Source: Aliivibrio fischeri ES114
GTDB lineage: Bacteria; Pseudomonadota; Gammaproteobacteria; Enterobacterales; Vibrionaceae
Length of the DNA: 32,000 nucleotides
Assembly: GCF_000011805.1 (NCBI RefSeq)
Contig: NC_006841.2
Direction: 5' to 3' (one strand)
Within the stretch, counting starts at the first letter, position 1. Every line of letters starts with the position of its first letter. Shown in pieces: positions 17,031-27,192 of this stretch. The notes beneath the pieces were generated by a model that had not been told where the DNA came from, searched no databases, and saw nothing but the letters and a program-made list of their open reading frames with translations. The position numbers were made by a program, and so were the translations under genes.

Positions 17031-17456
17031 CTACTTTTTCTTTTTCATCACAGCCACAGTAAAGCGGCTTGTGCAGACTAAGCGGTCTCGTTGATCTTTA
17101 ATATCAATCACCCAAACGTGGGTGGTTGCACCTAAATGTAAAGGCTTGGCCGTGGCGAAAACAGTTCCTTCACGTACAGCTCTAATATGGTTGGCATTTA
17201 TCTCTAGACCAACACAATATTTTGATTCATCAACACACCAGTTTGCCGCGATAGAAGCAACAGACTCAGCTAATGCTACTGATGCTCCACCATGAAGCAT
17301 GCCTAATGGTTGGTGAACCGTTGAAGTCACAGGCATAGATGCAGTAATCGAATTATCATCATATGCGCAATATTCAATGCTTAACGCTTCCATCAAGGTA
17401 TTACGAGACGTCGTGTTTAAGACAGTTAAATCCATCTCACGTTTCCAAATACTCAT
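17031..17456 (-). CDS. menI: hotdog-fold acyl-CoA thioesterase, MenI/YdiI type
   Basis: Track ORF starts at 17525; likely start MSIWKREMDL at 17456. PVTSTVHQPLGMLHGGASVALAES...VGLEINANHIRAVREG. Confidence 0.85.
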   Translation of the reverse strand: MSIWKREMDLTVLNTTSRNTLMEALSIEYCAYDDNSITASMPVTSTVHQPLGMLHGGASVALAESVASIAANWCVDESKYCVGLEINANHIRAVREGTVFATAKPLHLGATTHVWVIDIKDQRDRLVCTSRFTVAVMKKKK

Positions 17457-17600
17457 TTTCACTCCCAATGTAACCGTTAATATATATATCGACAGTTTAC
17501 ACTCAACCTGTACGTTGAAAAACATATTTTCGCTTGTTGAACGCTTTTACTAACTGATAAACTTCACAAAAATATTTGGTTTAACTCATGTAGGATAACT

Positions 17601-18305
17601 ATGTTAAATAAAAGCATGATTACTAACTTGATTTCGTTAATCTTGTTAGGTATTGGTTATTACACGCAACAAAACACACTCTATTATATCGGCCTATTTG
17701 CTTTCTCTGGAGCATTAACAAACTGGCTTGCTATTCACATGTTGTTTGAAAAGGTTCCAGGTCTTTATGGTTCAGGGGTTATTCCTGCACGCTTTGAAGA
17801 GTTTAAAGCCAGCATTAAGCGTTTGATGATGGATCAATTTTTCACCAAAGCAAACGTAGATAAGTTTTTATCGAATGAGATGAGCTCTGTCACTAACATT
17901 AATCTAGAGCCTGTGATTGATAAGATCGACCTTTCACCAGCTTTTGATTCTTTGGTTGAAGTGATCATGAACTCTCAATTTGGTGGCATGCTTGCGATGT
18001 TTGGTGGTCAAGAAGCCATTGATCCAATGCGTGAACCGTTTATTGAAAAAATGAAAGCATCAATTACTGAGATCAGTCAGCAAGAGCAGTTTAAACAAGC
18101 ACTAAAAGAAGAGCTTGAAGCGCCAGAAATGATGGAAGACATTCAATCGACGATTGAGGATATTATTGACCAACGCCTAAATGAACTTACCCCTAAGATG
18201 GTGAAAGAAATGGTTCAGGATATGATCAAAAATCACCTAGGGTGGCTTGTAGTTTGGGGTGGTATTTTCGGCGGTGTTATCGGAATGCTTTCTACGCTAA
18301 TTTAA
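17601..18305 (+). CDS. DUF445 family membrane protein
   Basis: 234 aa; GALTNWLAIHMLFEKVPGLYGSGVIPARFEEFKASIKRLMMDQFF. Confidence 0.85.
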   Translation: MLNKSMITNLISLILLGIGYYTQQNTLYYIGLFAFSGALTNWLAIHMLFEKVPGLYGSGVIPARFEEFKASIKRLMMDQFFTKANVDKFLSNEMSSVTNINLEPVIDKIDLSPAFDSLVEVIMNSQFGGMLAMFGGQEAIDPMREPFIEKMKASITEISQQEQFKQALKEELEAPEMMEDIQSTIEDIIDQRLNELTPKMVKEMVQDMIKNHLGWLVVWGGIFGGVIGMLSTLI

Positions 18306-18360
18306 TCCATGCCAAGCTCTAAGATACCCAGGTTTTAAATACCAATGTCTTAGATACAAA

Positions 18361-18390
18361 AATGCCAGCATTTATACGCTGGCATTTTTT
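18361..18390 (+). terminator. intrinsic terminator
   Basis: AATGCCAGC-ATTTATAC-GCTGGCATTTTTT. Confidence 0.88.
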
Positions 18391-18407
18391 ATGGATTCAA
18401 TCTCAAA

Positions 18408-18608
18408 TTAATGGATTGGTGCGCTATCGTCAGCACTGAATTTACCAAAGTGCGCTTCAAGCACTTCTGGTGTTAACTCACCCGCTTCTTCAAGACGTTT
18501 TAGCTCAGCAACAATGGCTTTTTGCTCTTCAATTGATGGCAACGCTTCTTCTGGTTTATCAGCTTCTTGTTGAACCATTTCTTGAAGTTCTTTTTCAAAA
18601 TCACTCAT
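18408..18608 (-). CDS. conserved small acidic hypothetical protein
   Basis: 66 aa ORF MSDFEKELQEMVQQEADK...EVLEAHFGKFSADDSAPIH. Confidence 0.65.
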   Translation of the reverse strand: MSDFEKELQEMVQQEADKPEEALPSIEEQKAIVAELKRLEEAGELTPEVLEAHFGKFSADDSAPIH

Positions 18609-19158
18609 GATTATTTTCTCAATTCATAAAAACAATTAGAGGGATTCTACAAGAGAATAGAAACCAATTGCAATGATTGAGTATAAGTTAATGATAATTA
18701 AATGATTTATATCAGACACTGAAGTGTGTGTGTATTTATATGCACAATTTATTTTACAATGATTTGAAGCCAATCGGCTTGTTTTGAGGAGAAGATAGAA
18801 TAAAAAAAGGGCCGTAAATGTAATCCTTTGGCTCTAACTATCGAAATCGAAAAATGTGACAGCAAGCTTGCAACTAACGAACGTATAAACGAGATACATC
18901 AGTATATAATGCGTAATAGTCTCTTATGCCCCAAAAGTCAAAATAGTAACAACCATTCCAGTTATTGCTAACAGTGCATACATACGAGATTATGCCTAGA
19001 ATTGTTGGCAATGGGATCTGTAAGGCTGTAGGTATTGCCTCTGGCGTTGTAGCTGGTGGTGTTCGAGACAAGATCCAAAAGTGGCACATCATCAGGCGGA
19101 AGCCATAACGGAAATAAAAGCTCTACTTCTTGTCTTGGGGCTTGCCACCAATAAAATA

Positions 19159-19187
19159 TAAAAAACCGCCGATAATGGCAGTTTTTT
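19159..19187. terminator. bidirectional intrinsic terminator
   Basis: AAAAAACCGCC-GATAAT-GGCAGTTTTTT, just downstream of 19193-19534 (-). Confidence 0.75.
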
Positions 19188-19192
19188 GTATT

Positions 19193-19534
19193 TTATTTAA
19201 ACCTTTTATTGAGAATTTCAACTAAATCACGGCCCTTTTCTGTCAGCTCTAAGTATTTAGTTCTATGGTCACTAGGCTCATATACCCAGCAACAAATATC
19301 GTAACCTTTTCTATTTGGCCCAGCTCTGTCCGTTAGAACGCGGCAATGACGACTAGCGGAGGCTTGGGAAATTCCGAACCTCTCACATAAATGATTAGCA
19401 GATACGGTAAGCGGCAAAGTAGACATAACTTCTAAAAATGCAACCATTTGCATAGGATGAATTTCATCATGAACCAATTCTCTAAATGCCATGATGTTAT
19501 CTGTAAAGGTTTTTATTTTTGTTCCTGAGATCAT
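19193..19534 (-). CDS. MarR-like winged-helix regulator
   Basis: 113 aa; LTVSANHLCERFGISQASASRHCRVLTDRAGPNRKGYDICCWVYEPSDHRTKYLELTEKGRDLVE. Confidence 0.8.
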   Translation of the reverse strand: MISGTKIKTFTDNIMAFRELVHDEIHPMQMVAFLEVMSTLPLTVSANHLCERFGISQASASRHCRVLTDRAGPNRKGYDICCWVYEPSDHRTKYLELTEKGRDLVEILNKRFK

Positions 19535-19636
19535 TGCCTTAACTCTTTTAAAAACGGATGTTTAAATTCTACATGGTCACTAATGAGAATGATAGGCATT
19601 AGCAAAGACGAATCACTTACAACTAAACATACGTAC

Positions 19637-19661
19637 AAAAAACCGCCGGTAATGGCGGTTT
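19637..19661. terminator. hairpin AACCGCC-GGTAAT-GGCGGTT with A-tract on the 5' side, terminator-like for minus strand
   Basis: Near-duplicate of the 19159-19187 hairpin. Confidence 0.6.
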
Positions 19662-19907
19662 AGTCTATAAAACATATATTATTTTGGGATCACCGAAAGG
19701 CATTAAGATGAAATAATCAACCATGATAGGCATCGCATAAATTACGTGCCGCAAAAACTATAATTTAGAGGTATTATCGAAACAATTGTGAATGCTAATA
19801 ACGAATACCCTACAAACTGCCACTTATACAAATTCACCATTCCGATGAAATAAAGAAACAACGACAAAAGAACTATGAACGCCCAAAAATCAAAATCAAG
19901 CACAGCG

Positions 19908-20099
19908 TTACTCTGCGGTTTTTGCATTCTGTTTTAACTTATCTAGTGCTTCGCCAACGGTAACAGAAATAAACTCCTTAGAATCATCGGACAATGGTTC
20001 TTTGGTTTCCATTAATTGATTAATTACAGCCAATTTCGTTTCTATCGATAAATTATTATTCATGTCACTCCCCTCTAAATAAGAATCATTCGTATACAT
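19908..20099 (-). CDS. small hypothetical protein
   Basis: 63-aa ORF; likely start MNNNLSIETKLAVINQL. Confidence 0.45.
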   Translation of the reverse strand: MYTNDSYLEGSDMNNNLSIETKLAVINQLMETKEPLSDDSKEFISVTVGEALDKLKQNAKTAE

Positions 20100-20478
20100 T
20101 CACAAAAGCCACGCAAATTTATGTTATATAAAATAAAATTATAAGTGTTATTTATGCGATCAATGATTCCACAATTGATCATTTATATATTTTCATAACA
20201 ATGTTACCCGTGCAAACTGGTTACAGTTCATCCTAAAAAAGGATTGTTATAAAAAAAGATTACATATAATGAAATATTATGCTTCGATAAGTTAAATTAA
20301 ACACAACATAAAGTACAATTTTTAAATCAAGCCGCATATATGTTACGAAATCCTATAAGAACCCATTTAACTAAAAATACTAGAAACCATGATATATCTA
20401 ATGAAAATATCATCATGTCCACTGTTATTAGGAACAACGCTTATAATTTCAGTCATATTCCTAACCTATATTTAAGCT

Positions 20479-20976
20479 TCATTTCATTTCTTTTACTTTT
20501 TCGTATTGACTATTCAATATCTGCATAAGTTCTTTACTACCGCCAAAATCGGGATGAAATACTTTTGCAAGTAGCTTATACCTTGTACGAATATTTTTTT
20601 GATTCACTTTACAGTCGAAATCAAAAAAAGAAATACCTAAGCAGCTAGAATCAACCGTTTCATTATGTAGGCGAACAAACTTTGCGGCCCCACTTAGCGC
20701 TTCTGTCGCATCTTGGGCCATATCTAAAGCCTCTTTACGTTCAAGCGTAAGCGTTTCTATTCTCTTACGTAACTTATATTCATTCCCAGCGAGTGAACGT
20801 ATGGTTTCATTTGCTCTATCCAATTCAGCATTAACAAAAGTGAAGTCAGAAAAACTAACACGGCACCGTTTTCGATTCCGAGTTAGCAATAACAGAGCTA
20901 CGGTTACCATTAAGACCACCACATAAAGCACACAACTATGTAAAAGAAAATTAATATATTCATTTGAAACAGTCAT
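20479..20976 (-). CDS. membrane-anchored J-domain protein
   Basis: 165 aa; N-terminal TM, coiled-coil-like middle, C-terminal IRTRYKLLAKVFHPDFGGS with HPD motif. Confidence 0.75.
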   Translation of the reverse strand: MTVSNEYINFLLHSCVLYVVVLMVTVALLLLTRNRKRCRVSFSDFTFVNAELDRANETIRSLAGNEYKLRKRIETLTLERKEALDMAQDATEALSGAAKFVRLHNETVDSSCLGISFFDFDCKVNQKNIRTRYKLLAKVFHPDFGGSKELMQILNSQYEKVKEMK

Positions 20977-21537
20977 AGATTAAGCCCTCATACCATTAAA
21001 ATTACACAAATGCTTTCTAGCCTCTTCTTGTATTCTCTTTTTGTAAGAACCTCTATAGTATTCTTTAATACTTCCATAACTCTTCTAGGGAACAAATCAC
21101 ATACCTTGCTAAACATCGTCATACCTCTTTAGATGTTTCTATTTCTTTTCTAATCCATTCAACATTCTCACTCCTTTGAACGTATTGTGTTATCAATTCA
21201 CAAACCTAAATGTATTCACTTTTTAATTTTAGAAAGCTTTGATTTCTTAGCCATATATGATCTATCTCAGTACAATACGTACCTATAAAATCATATACAG
21301 AGCTTTTAATACTCCTATATCGCACTCTTGATAAAGACCGTACCTAATTCAAATCAGCCACCTAATTTGTACTAAAGTTGTTGGTTATTTGATCTACCTT
21401 GTTTTTATTGAAAACTATATAGTTCTTTACTATATTTCAATACATACAATAAATCTGCGTAAATACGGGGTCTGTTATTGGTGCCACAACGCCCTTTTTG
21501 GGTTGGGCCAGTTGTTCAGGGCGTAGTGGGCTTTTTC

Positions 21538-23676
21538 TTAGAACTCGTACTGTGCTGATAGCATATAGTTACGGCCCTCGCCGATACTCATACCAGAGTA
21601 ATCACCACTTGTTTCATACTCTTTATCAAATACGTTGTTAATCTTAGCTCTGAATGAAAGCTCATCACCTGAATCCATAGGCATACGATAAATAGCACCT
21701 ACATCCGCCAAGGTGTAAGCCGATTTCTTTGGCTCATCATTGGCGCTATTACCGTAACGCGAACCAATGTAATAAACACCAGCATTCAGATCGATATGGT
21801 CTGTTAACTCATAGTTAGCCCATGCGTTAGCCGTCCATTGTGGAACGTCTGCTATTTTCTTACCGTCATACTTCGGCTGGCCCTCATATTCAGCAATTAA
21901 GTACTGCGCACCAGCCTTAACAGTTAATAACTCTGTCACACGACCCGTGATTGTTGTATCAATACCTGTATTAATCTGTTTGCCGCCCTGCTCTGTTTTC
22001 TTGGTGATAGCTGGATTATTTGGATCACGATACTTTCTATCAGTAACTGAAATGTTTTCTTTCACTATCTGGAATAAAGACGTTTCAAATATAGCGCTGT
22101 TATCCATGAACTCCTGTTTATAACCAATCTCATATAAATGGCCTAGCTCTGGTTCACGTTCCATTCCATCGTTCGCATCGCTTGAACTACTAATAGGCGT
22201 TTGAGGAACAAACGATTGTGAGTAACTAGCGTATATTGTTGAGTCAGCGGATGGATGGAACATAACCGCAGCACTTGGCAAGACGTTGAAATATTCAGTA
22301 TCTTCGCCTTTGCCGTCTCTCTTATCATTCTTAGAACGATATTTGATGTAGTAATCGGCACGAGCACCAGCTAGAACTTGCCAGTAGTCATTAAACGTTA
22401 TCAAATCTTGTACATATAAGCCTGTTTGGAAATTAGAATAAACGTTAGAACTTGGCTTACCTGATTTACTTGGATCAAATCCGTAAATTGGTGTCGCAGG
22501 GTTAGTACTTGCGGCCTGCTTAACACCACCGTATAAACTGTTACGTGAATACTCATGATCTACAAAGTTGGTGCCAACAAGCAACTTATGCTCAATTGAA
22601 CCTGTATTAAAGTCACCCGTTAGATCCATAGTACCTGTATGAACATCATAACTATTATCACGCTTACCAGTATTAAACTCGTACTTACCTGTTTGAGCAC
22701 TATCTTTCATTGGTCTAATGCTTGAAGTCTTAGCAGTATTAACCATATTCAACTTGTGATAGCTTGCCGTTAACTTCCAGTCATTATCAAAGTGGTGCGT
22801 TAGCTTAACGCCAATGCTTTCCTCTTCTTTCTCATTGGTTGACCAAGGTGTATTAAGAATTAAATCACGGTCGCCAATAATGTTGCCGTCTTCATCAAAG
22901 TAAGCGCCACTATCTTGGTGCCCTTTTTGCGTCTTGTAATCATAAGATAGCGATAACATCGTGTCGTCTGTCAGATCATAATCAAGCATGATTGCCAATA
23001 AATCACGGCGTGTAGTTGGATGAACGCCATTAACGTAGTGTCTAAAGTTATCTTTTGATTGTTTTGAGGCAATTACACGATAACGTAAATCGTCCGTTGC
23101 GGAACCTGTAGTATCCACCACTGAACGCGAAAAGTTATTACTACCAACATCTTGAGAAATCATAGTGCGGCGCTGGTATTCAGGCTCTTTTGTTACCATG
23201 TTCACCAATCCTGCTGGTGAACCTTTACCATAAAGAAGACCTGACGGGCCTTTTAGCACTTCAATTCGCTCATACATTTCTACAGGTTCTTGAATAAGGG
23301 AATATTTCTGCTCACCATTACGCAAATAACCATCGTTAGTAGTTAACTGGAAACCGCGAATATAAAAGTTTTCGTGTCCGTCGCTTTCATAAGTAGAAAC
23401 GGTTGAGGCATCGTTCTTAAGCGCTTTATCAAGTGAGGTCGCCTGTAAATCATCAAGTAACTTTCTATCAATGCTATTTACAGAACGTGGGTTCTCAAGC
23501 GGTGCAATATCCATTTTAGTCGCAGTGCTTACGGATTCAGTTTTATAATCTGGGCGTGTACCTACAACCTCAATGGCTTCAAACGTAGAAACATTATCTG
23601 TATCAGCAAAAGATTTAACGGGCGATAATGACGCAGCAATAGCAATAGCAAGAGTGGTTAATTTAGTTTTGGTCAT
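21538..23676 (-). CDS. TonB-dependent siderophore receptor
   Basis: 712 aa; signal peptide, plug domain (FYIRGFQLTTNDGYLRNG, RIEVLKGPSGLLYGKGSPAGLVNMVTK), C-terminal NVFDKEYE...GRNYMLSAQYEF. Confidence 0.95.
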   Translation of the reverse strand: MTKTKLTTLAIAIAASLSPVKSFADTDNVSTFEAIEVVGTRPDYKTESVSTATKMDIAPLENPRSVNSIDRKLLDDLQATSLDKALKNDASTVSTYESDGHENFYIRGFQLTTNDGYLRNGEQKYSLIQEPVEMYERIEVLKGPSGLLYGKGSPAGLVNMVTKEPEYQRRTMISQDVGSNNFSRSVVDTTGSATDDLRYRVIASKQSKDNFRHYVNGVHPTTRRDLLAIMLDYDLTDDTMLSLSYDYKTQKGHQDSGAYFDEDGNIIGDRDLILNTPWSTNEKEEESIGVKLTHHFDNDWKLTASYHKLNMVNTAKTSSIRPMKDSAQTGKYEFNTGKRDNSYDVHTGTMDLTGDFNTGSIEHKLLVGTNFVDHEYSRNSLYGGVKQAASTNPATPIYGFDPSKSGKPSSNVYSNFQTGLYVQDLITFNDYWQVLAGARADYYIKYRSKNDKRDGKGEDTEYFNVLPSAAVMFHPSADSTIYASYSQSFVPQTPISSSSDANDGMEREPELGHLYEIGYKQEFMDNSAIFETSLFQIVKENISVTDRKYRDPNNPAITKKTEQGGKQINTGIDTTITGRVTELLTVKAGAQYLIAEYEGQPKYDGKKIADVPQWTANAWANYELTDHIDLNAGVYYIGSRYGNSANDEPKKSAYTLADVGAIYRMPMDSGDELSFRAKINNVFDKEYETSGDYSGMSIGEGRNYMLSAQYEF

Positions 23677-24707
23677 ATTTTTTTGCCTTTTAAGGTTAAA
23701 TTCGAGTTTTCTTCTAAAGAGAAAATTTCTATTTGCATTTCAAAAGCGCGTAGGCGCTTGTAAATTGACATTAACTCGACACAGCTCGACCATCGGCGGA
23801 TTAGGAACCTTAAGGAACTCTCAACCTTTGAGTATGATGAAGTGATTTGCTTCAACACTCCCAAGGTAATCGCCGCTTGTAATATTGTTGGACTCATAAA
23901 AATGTAAACGGTAAGTTCCGAATACTTGCTATATGCACTTGAACAGCTATCAAACCAAAGATAAGCACGATACATACTAAAATAGTTGTGGCGCACATCA
24001 TCAAACAGTTCTTTTAAGCCTTTCGGTGTAGCTCGGCTTTCATCATCTTCCCCTAAAACTAATTCTTTCCTGAATGCCGCCTCTACTTTTTGGTTGTTGT
24101 ATTCATAAGCTGGTAATTTCCTACCAATGAACATTAAAAACGCGATTCCACCGAATGAGGAAACAACGGCAACGATAACCATTGAATGTTCAACCCCACC
24201 AAAGAACGGGATCACCTTTACGTGCTTGGATAGTTCCCACAACAACGGGATAAACGTCGCTAGTGTCATGAAATTCCTAAGAATGCTTATTCCTAAGTCT
24301 TCAACCAGCTTTGCAAACCTCATTGTGTCTTCTTGTATCCTCTGACTTGCTCCTTCGATTTGACGAATTAAAGGCCAGTGCTTTGTATAGTGCTCGTTCA
24401 TGGCGCAACGCCACCTAAAGATCCAGTGCCTTACGAAGTAATCAACCACCACAGAAATAACGACGTACATAGTTGTGATCTTAAAAAAATCAAAAATAAC
24501 ATTTCTAAAATCAACAAACTTGACGGCATTGGGAGAAACTAACGCCTCTTGGATAAGATCATAAAAATGACCGTTCCAGTAGTTAAGTTCCACATCAATA
24601 CCGACTCTGAACCAATTAACAGCAACCACCGCAGTAGTGCCGTAAATTGACCAAAAGAACCATTTTCTATTTAAAAAGAAACAACGAAACATAAGCGATA
24701 ACCTCAA
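23673..24707 (-). CDS. SbmA/BacA-like transporter
   Basis: 344 aa polytopic protein; NYWNGHFYDLIQEAL, RWRCAMNEHYTKHWPLIRQIEGASQRIQEDTMRFA; ATGA overlap with the receptor. Confidence 0.85.
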   Translation of the reverse strand: MRLSLMFRCFFLNRKWFFWSIYGTTAVVAVNWFRVGIDVELNYWNGHFYDLIQEALVSPNAVKFVDFRNVIFDFFKITTMYVVISVVVDYFVRHWIFRWRCAMNEHYTKHWPLIRQIEGASQRIQEDTMRFAKLVEDLGISILRNFMTLATFIPLLWELSKHVKVIPFFGGVEHSMVIVAVVSSFGGIAFLMFIGRKLPAYEYNNQKVEAAFRKELVLGEDDESRATPKGLKELFDDVRHNYFSMYRAYLWFDSCSSAYSKYSELTVYIFMSPTILQAAITLGVLKQITSSYSKVESSLRFLIRRWSSCVELMSIYKRLRAFEMQIEIFSLEENSNLTLKGKKI

Positions 24708-24735
24708 TTAATAAAGTTACCTTTTATTGCTTTTA

Positions 24736-24879
24736 TTAGTTTTTAATAATCACTGGTTCCATACGAAATAAACGATTATCCCATTGCTGGTAATCACTGA
24801 CCTTTGAATCAGACGTATAAGCCACCGCACAACTGAGCAAGGCCAATGTCATAAGAGCTATAATTAAGGCAACTTTCAT
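24736..24879 (-). CDS. small putative lipoprotein/secreted protein
   Basis: Not in the ORF track; hand translation MKVALIIALMTLALLSCAVAYTSDSKVSDYQQWDNRLFRMEPVIIKN*. Confidence 0.55.
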   Translation of the reverse strand: MKVALIIALMTLALLSCAVAYTSDSKVSDYQQWDNRLFRMEPVIIKN

Positions 24880-24924
24880 TTTAAAAACTCCGTGTATATA
24901 AATTGATAGTAAAGATTTATGGAC

Positions 24925-25479
24925 TTAGAACTTAACGCCAAGCATTAAGCTGGAAATAGTAGAATCAACGTAGTAATCATCTGCTATTTCTATATCAGCT
25001 CTCTTAATATCAATAGAAAGAGTCACTTTATCGTTAAACTCGGCACGGATACCAAGCCCTTTAGCGAAGCTGATAACTGAAAAATCGTGACGCTGCCAAT
25101 AATCTGTATAACCAAGAATATTATTCTCAATACCAACCATTACATACGGCTTTACGCTTACAGCATTGTTAAGGTCAAATCTATAACCAAACTCAGGATA
25201 AGCGCCAAAGGTGCCAATCTCGCCAGTAACACCCGTCGCCAGCAATTCGTGACGAGCATAACGTGCAGAGATCCCCACTATCTTATTTATCTCTTTATGA
25301 ACACCGATAGCGAAACCATTGCCATTAGCACTAGCGTCGTCATGAGACGAAAATCCCACACGGCCCACCATAACAGTAACGTCGTTTCGTGTAGCTGGTT
25401 CTTCCTCAGCTGAAAATGCTGGTGAAGATACGAATAATGCTAACGCCAACGGCGCTAATTTAGATTTGTACATGGTCAT
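24925..25479 (-). CDS. outer membrane beta-barrel protein
   Basis: 184 aa; signal peptide ending PAFSA, alternating beta-strand pattern, terminal VKF. Confidence 0.8.
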   Translation of the reverse strand: MTMYKSKLAPLALALFVSSPAFSAEEEPATRNDVTVMVGRVGFSSHDDASANGNGFAIGVHKEINKIVGISARYARHELLATGVTGEIGTFGAYPEFGYRFDLNNAVSVKPYVMVGIENNILGYTDYWQRHDFSVISFAKGLGIRAEFNDKVTLSIDIKRADIEIADDYYVDSTISSLMLGVKF

Positions 25480-25718
25480 ACCTTATTACTTTTTGACTCT
25501 TGTCCATCAAGTATCATCAATTTAGTTGTGTACTTGTGGGTTAGTGTTGCTCTAATGAGTGCGGAGATCATTTGCCTGTCTCTAATCCACCACTTATTTA
25601 ATAAATCACGGCTATAGCGAGACTTTTCAGCTAAGTCAGATATAGACAAATCAAGTTTCTTAAGATGATTAGCTAAACTAACTTTCTTAAAAGTCGTTAC
25701 CTCATAGCTGTTATCCAT
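25476..25718 (-). CDS. small HTH-like hypothetical protein
   Basis: 80 aa; LSISDLAEKSRYSRDLLNKWWIRDRQMISALI; ATGA overlap with 24925-25479. Confidence 0.5.
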   Translation of the reverse strand: MDNSYEVTTFKKVSLANHLKKLDLSISDLAEKSRYSRDLLNKWWIRDRQMISALIRATLTHKYTTKLMILDGQESKSNKV

Positions 25719-26485
25719 CGCACATCATTAACCCGAACAGTGCGAATACTATTGCCAAATGACACGAATAGCAACAACAAACTCAAATTAGAACAAAAAA
25801 GGAGCGCAATCGACACATGAAAGACAAAATAAGCATCGATAGAGTCATTACTGTGAGGTATAAGAAAATCCATTACGAAATGCTATTTACTTTAAATTCA
25901 AAAGATAATTGTTGCGGATAGTGTCCATCATCCTGTTAATCGCCCCCCCCATTTCGTACGGCAATAACCCTTAATACAAATTCATGACATAGTTGAGCCT
26001 CAATGATAAGGCAAGCTCCGCCCTTGCTTGTAAATGCTACTTTACATAGGCTCAGTGAAGTATAGCGATTTGTAACCAAGCACATCACGGTAAAGAATTT
26101 CTACGGTATCGAGTAAAATTTCTATTTTTGTACTTCCCTTCACTATACTTTTTAGTTATGAGCACCGTGCAAGAAAGCCGATTTCCAGAGGACAGAAATT
26201 TCTTTTCGATTTTGTGCCACATAAAAAAGCACAAACTAAATAGATGATCTTTACTATCCATCAAAAATTTACTCAACTGAAAAATAAAATGGCTACTTCA
26301 GAGCAAAAATCACTGTTCAGATCACTAAATGATGATAATAAATTATCTGGGTTATGTGTTTATGAACAGAACGATTAGAAATGACACGATTGATTCAGTG
26401 TCCTGTTTGATGATGCAAGTAGATGCTGTAGAATTAGGCAGTAAAACAAGACAAAAATTTTAATAAAACTGTATAAGGTTCGACC

Positions 26486-27136
26486 ATGAAGCAAAAGTCT
26501 ATACTCGCTCGTAATATCGAACAGCGAAAATATGATCTAGGGATCACTACTAACATTGAAGTAGCACGTAAATCAGGTGTTAGCCGAGCGGTCATTACAA
26601 ATATTGGACTACACCCAAATAAAAGTATCATGTTGGACAGTGCTGTACTTCTAGCTAAGGCTCTTGATTGTCGGCTTGAATGGTTAGCAACTGGTGAGGG
26701 GCCTATTAACCTTGATGATGTAGAAAGATACAACCGTTTACGTTACGGGGCCGTTGTAATTCGTACGTCAGAACTTGAATCATTGACACCAGAAGAACTT
26801 TTAAAGGAACTTTACGACGATCAAAGCCGTGAACGAGTTCCGTGCCCTGCTGGTAATAGTTTTACAACATTCATCGTTAGATTGAATCAAGATCTTGGAA
26901 AATATGCTGCAGGTGGAATGATGTATTTCGACTATGAAAAGACACCAATAACAGGATCTATTGTTCTGGCTAAAACTGCGAAAGATGCAGCACCAGAAAT
27001 CATGGAATACACAAAGGCACACAATAGATCGTTCTTAAAATCGTTAAGTGAAGATTTACCAGCGGAATTAAAATTTATAGAAATTACAGAAGAAATGGCA
27101 ATCATTTCAACTTTAACGGCTTACGCTATCACTTAA
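26486..27136 (+). CDS. CI-like HTH transcriptional regulator
   Basis: 216 aa; N-terminal HTH_XRE-like domain (GITTNIEVARKSGVSRAVITNI...LAKALDCRLEWLATGEG), divergent C-terminal domain. Confidence 0.75.
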   Translation: MKQKSILARNIEQRKYDLGITTNIEVARKSGVSRAVITNIGLHPNKSIMLDSAVLLAKALDCRLEWLATGEGPINLDDVERYNRLRYGAVVIRTSELESLTPEELLKELYDDQSRERVPCPAGNSFTTFIVRLNQDLGKYAAGGMMYFDYEKTPITGSIVLAKTAKDAAPEIMEYTKAHNRSFLKSLSEDLPAELKFIEITEEMAIISTLTAYAIT

Positions 27137-27159
27137 TAAGCATACAAAAGTTTAGCCAC

Positions 27160-27192
27160 CACAAAGCCCCGTTTCTAAGGGGCCTTCTTTTT
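27160..27192 (+). terminator. intrinsic terminator
   Basis: AAGCCCC-GTTTCTAA-GGGGCCTTCTTTTTT. Confidence 0.8.

Noticed and set aside
18807-18840. Minus-strand terminator at AAAAAAAGGGCC...GGCTCT
   Set aside because: Stem has an A-C mismatch in the minus-strand reading and a 16-nt loop; too weak to call.
20235-20310. dif-like or attP-like sequence
   Set aside because: TATTATGCTTCGATAAGTTAAAT has only superficial similarity to vibrio dif; no supporting phage integration genes.
22143-25413. + strand ORFs 22143-22367, 24127-24345, 25087-25413
   Set aside because: All lie antisense within strongly supported genes of the TonB/SbmA/OMP cluster.
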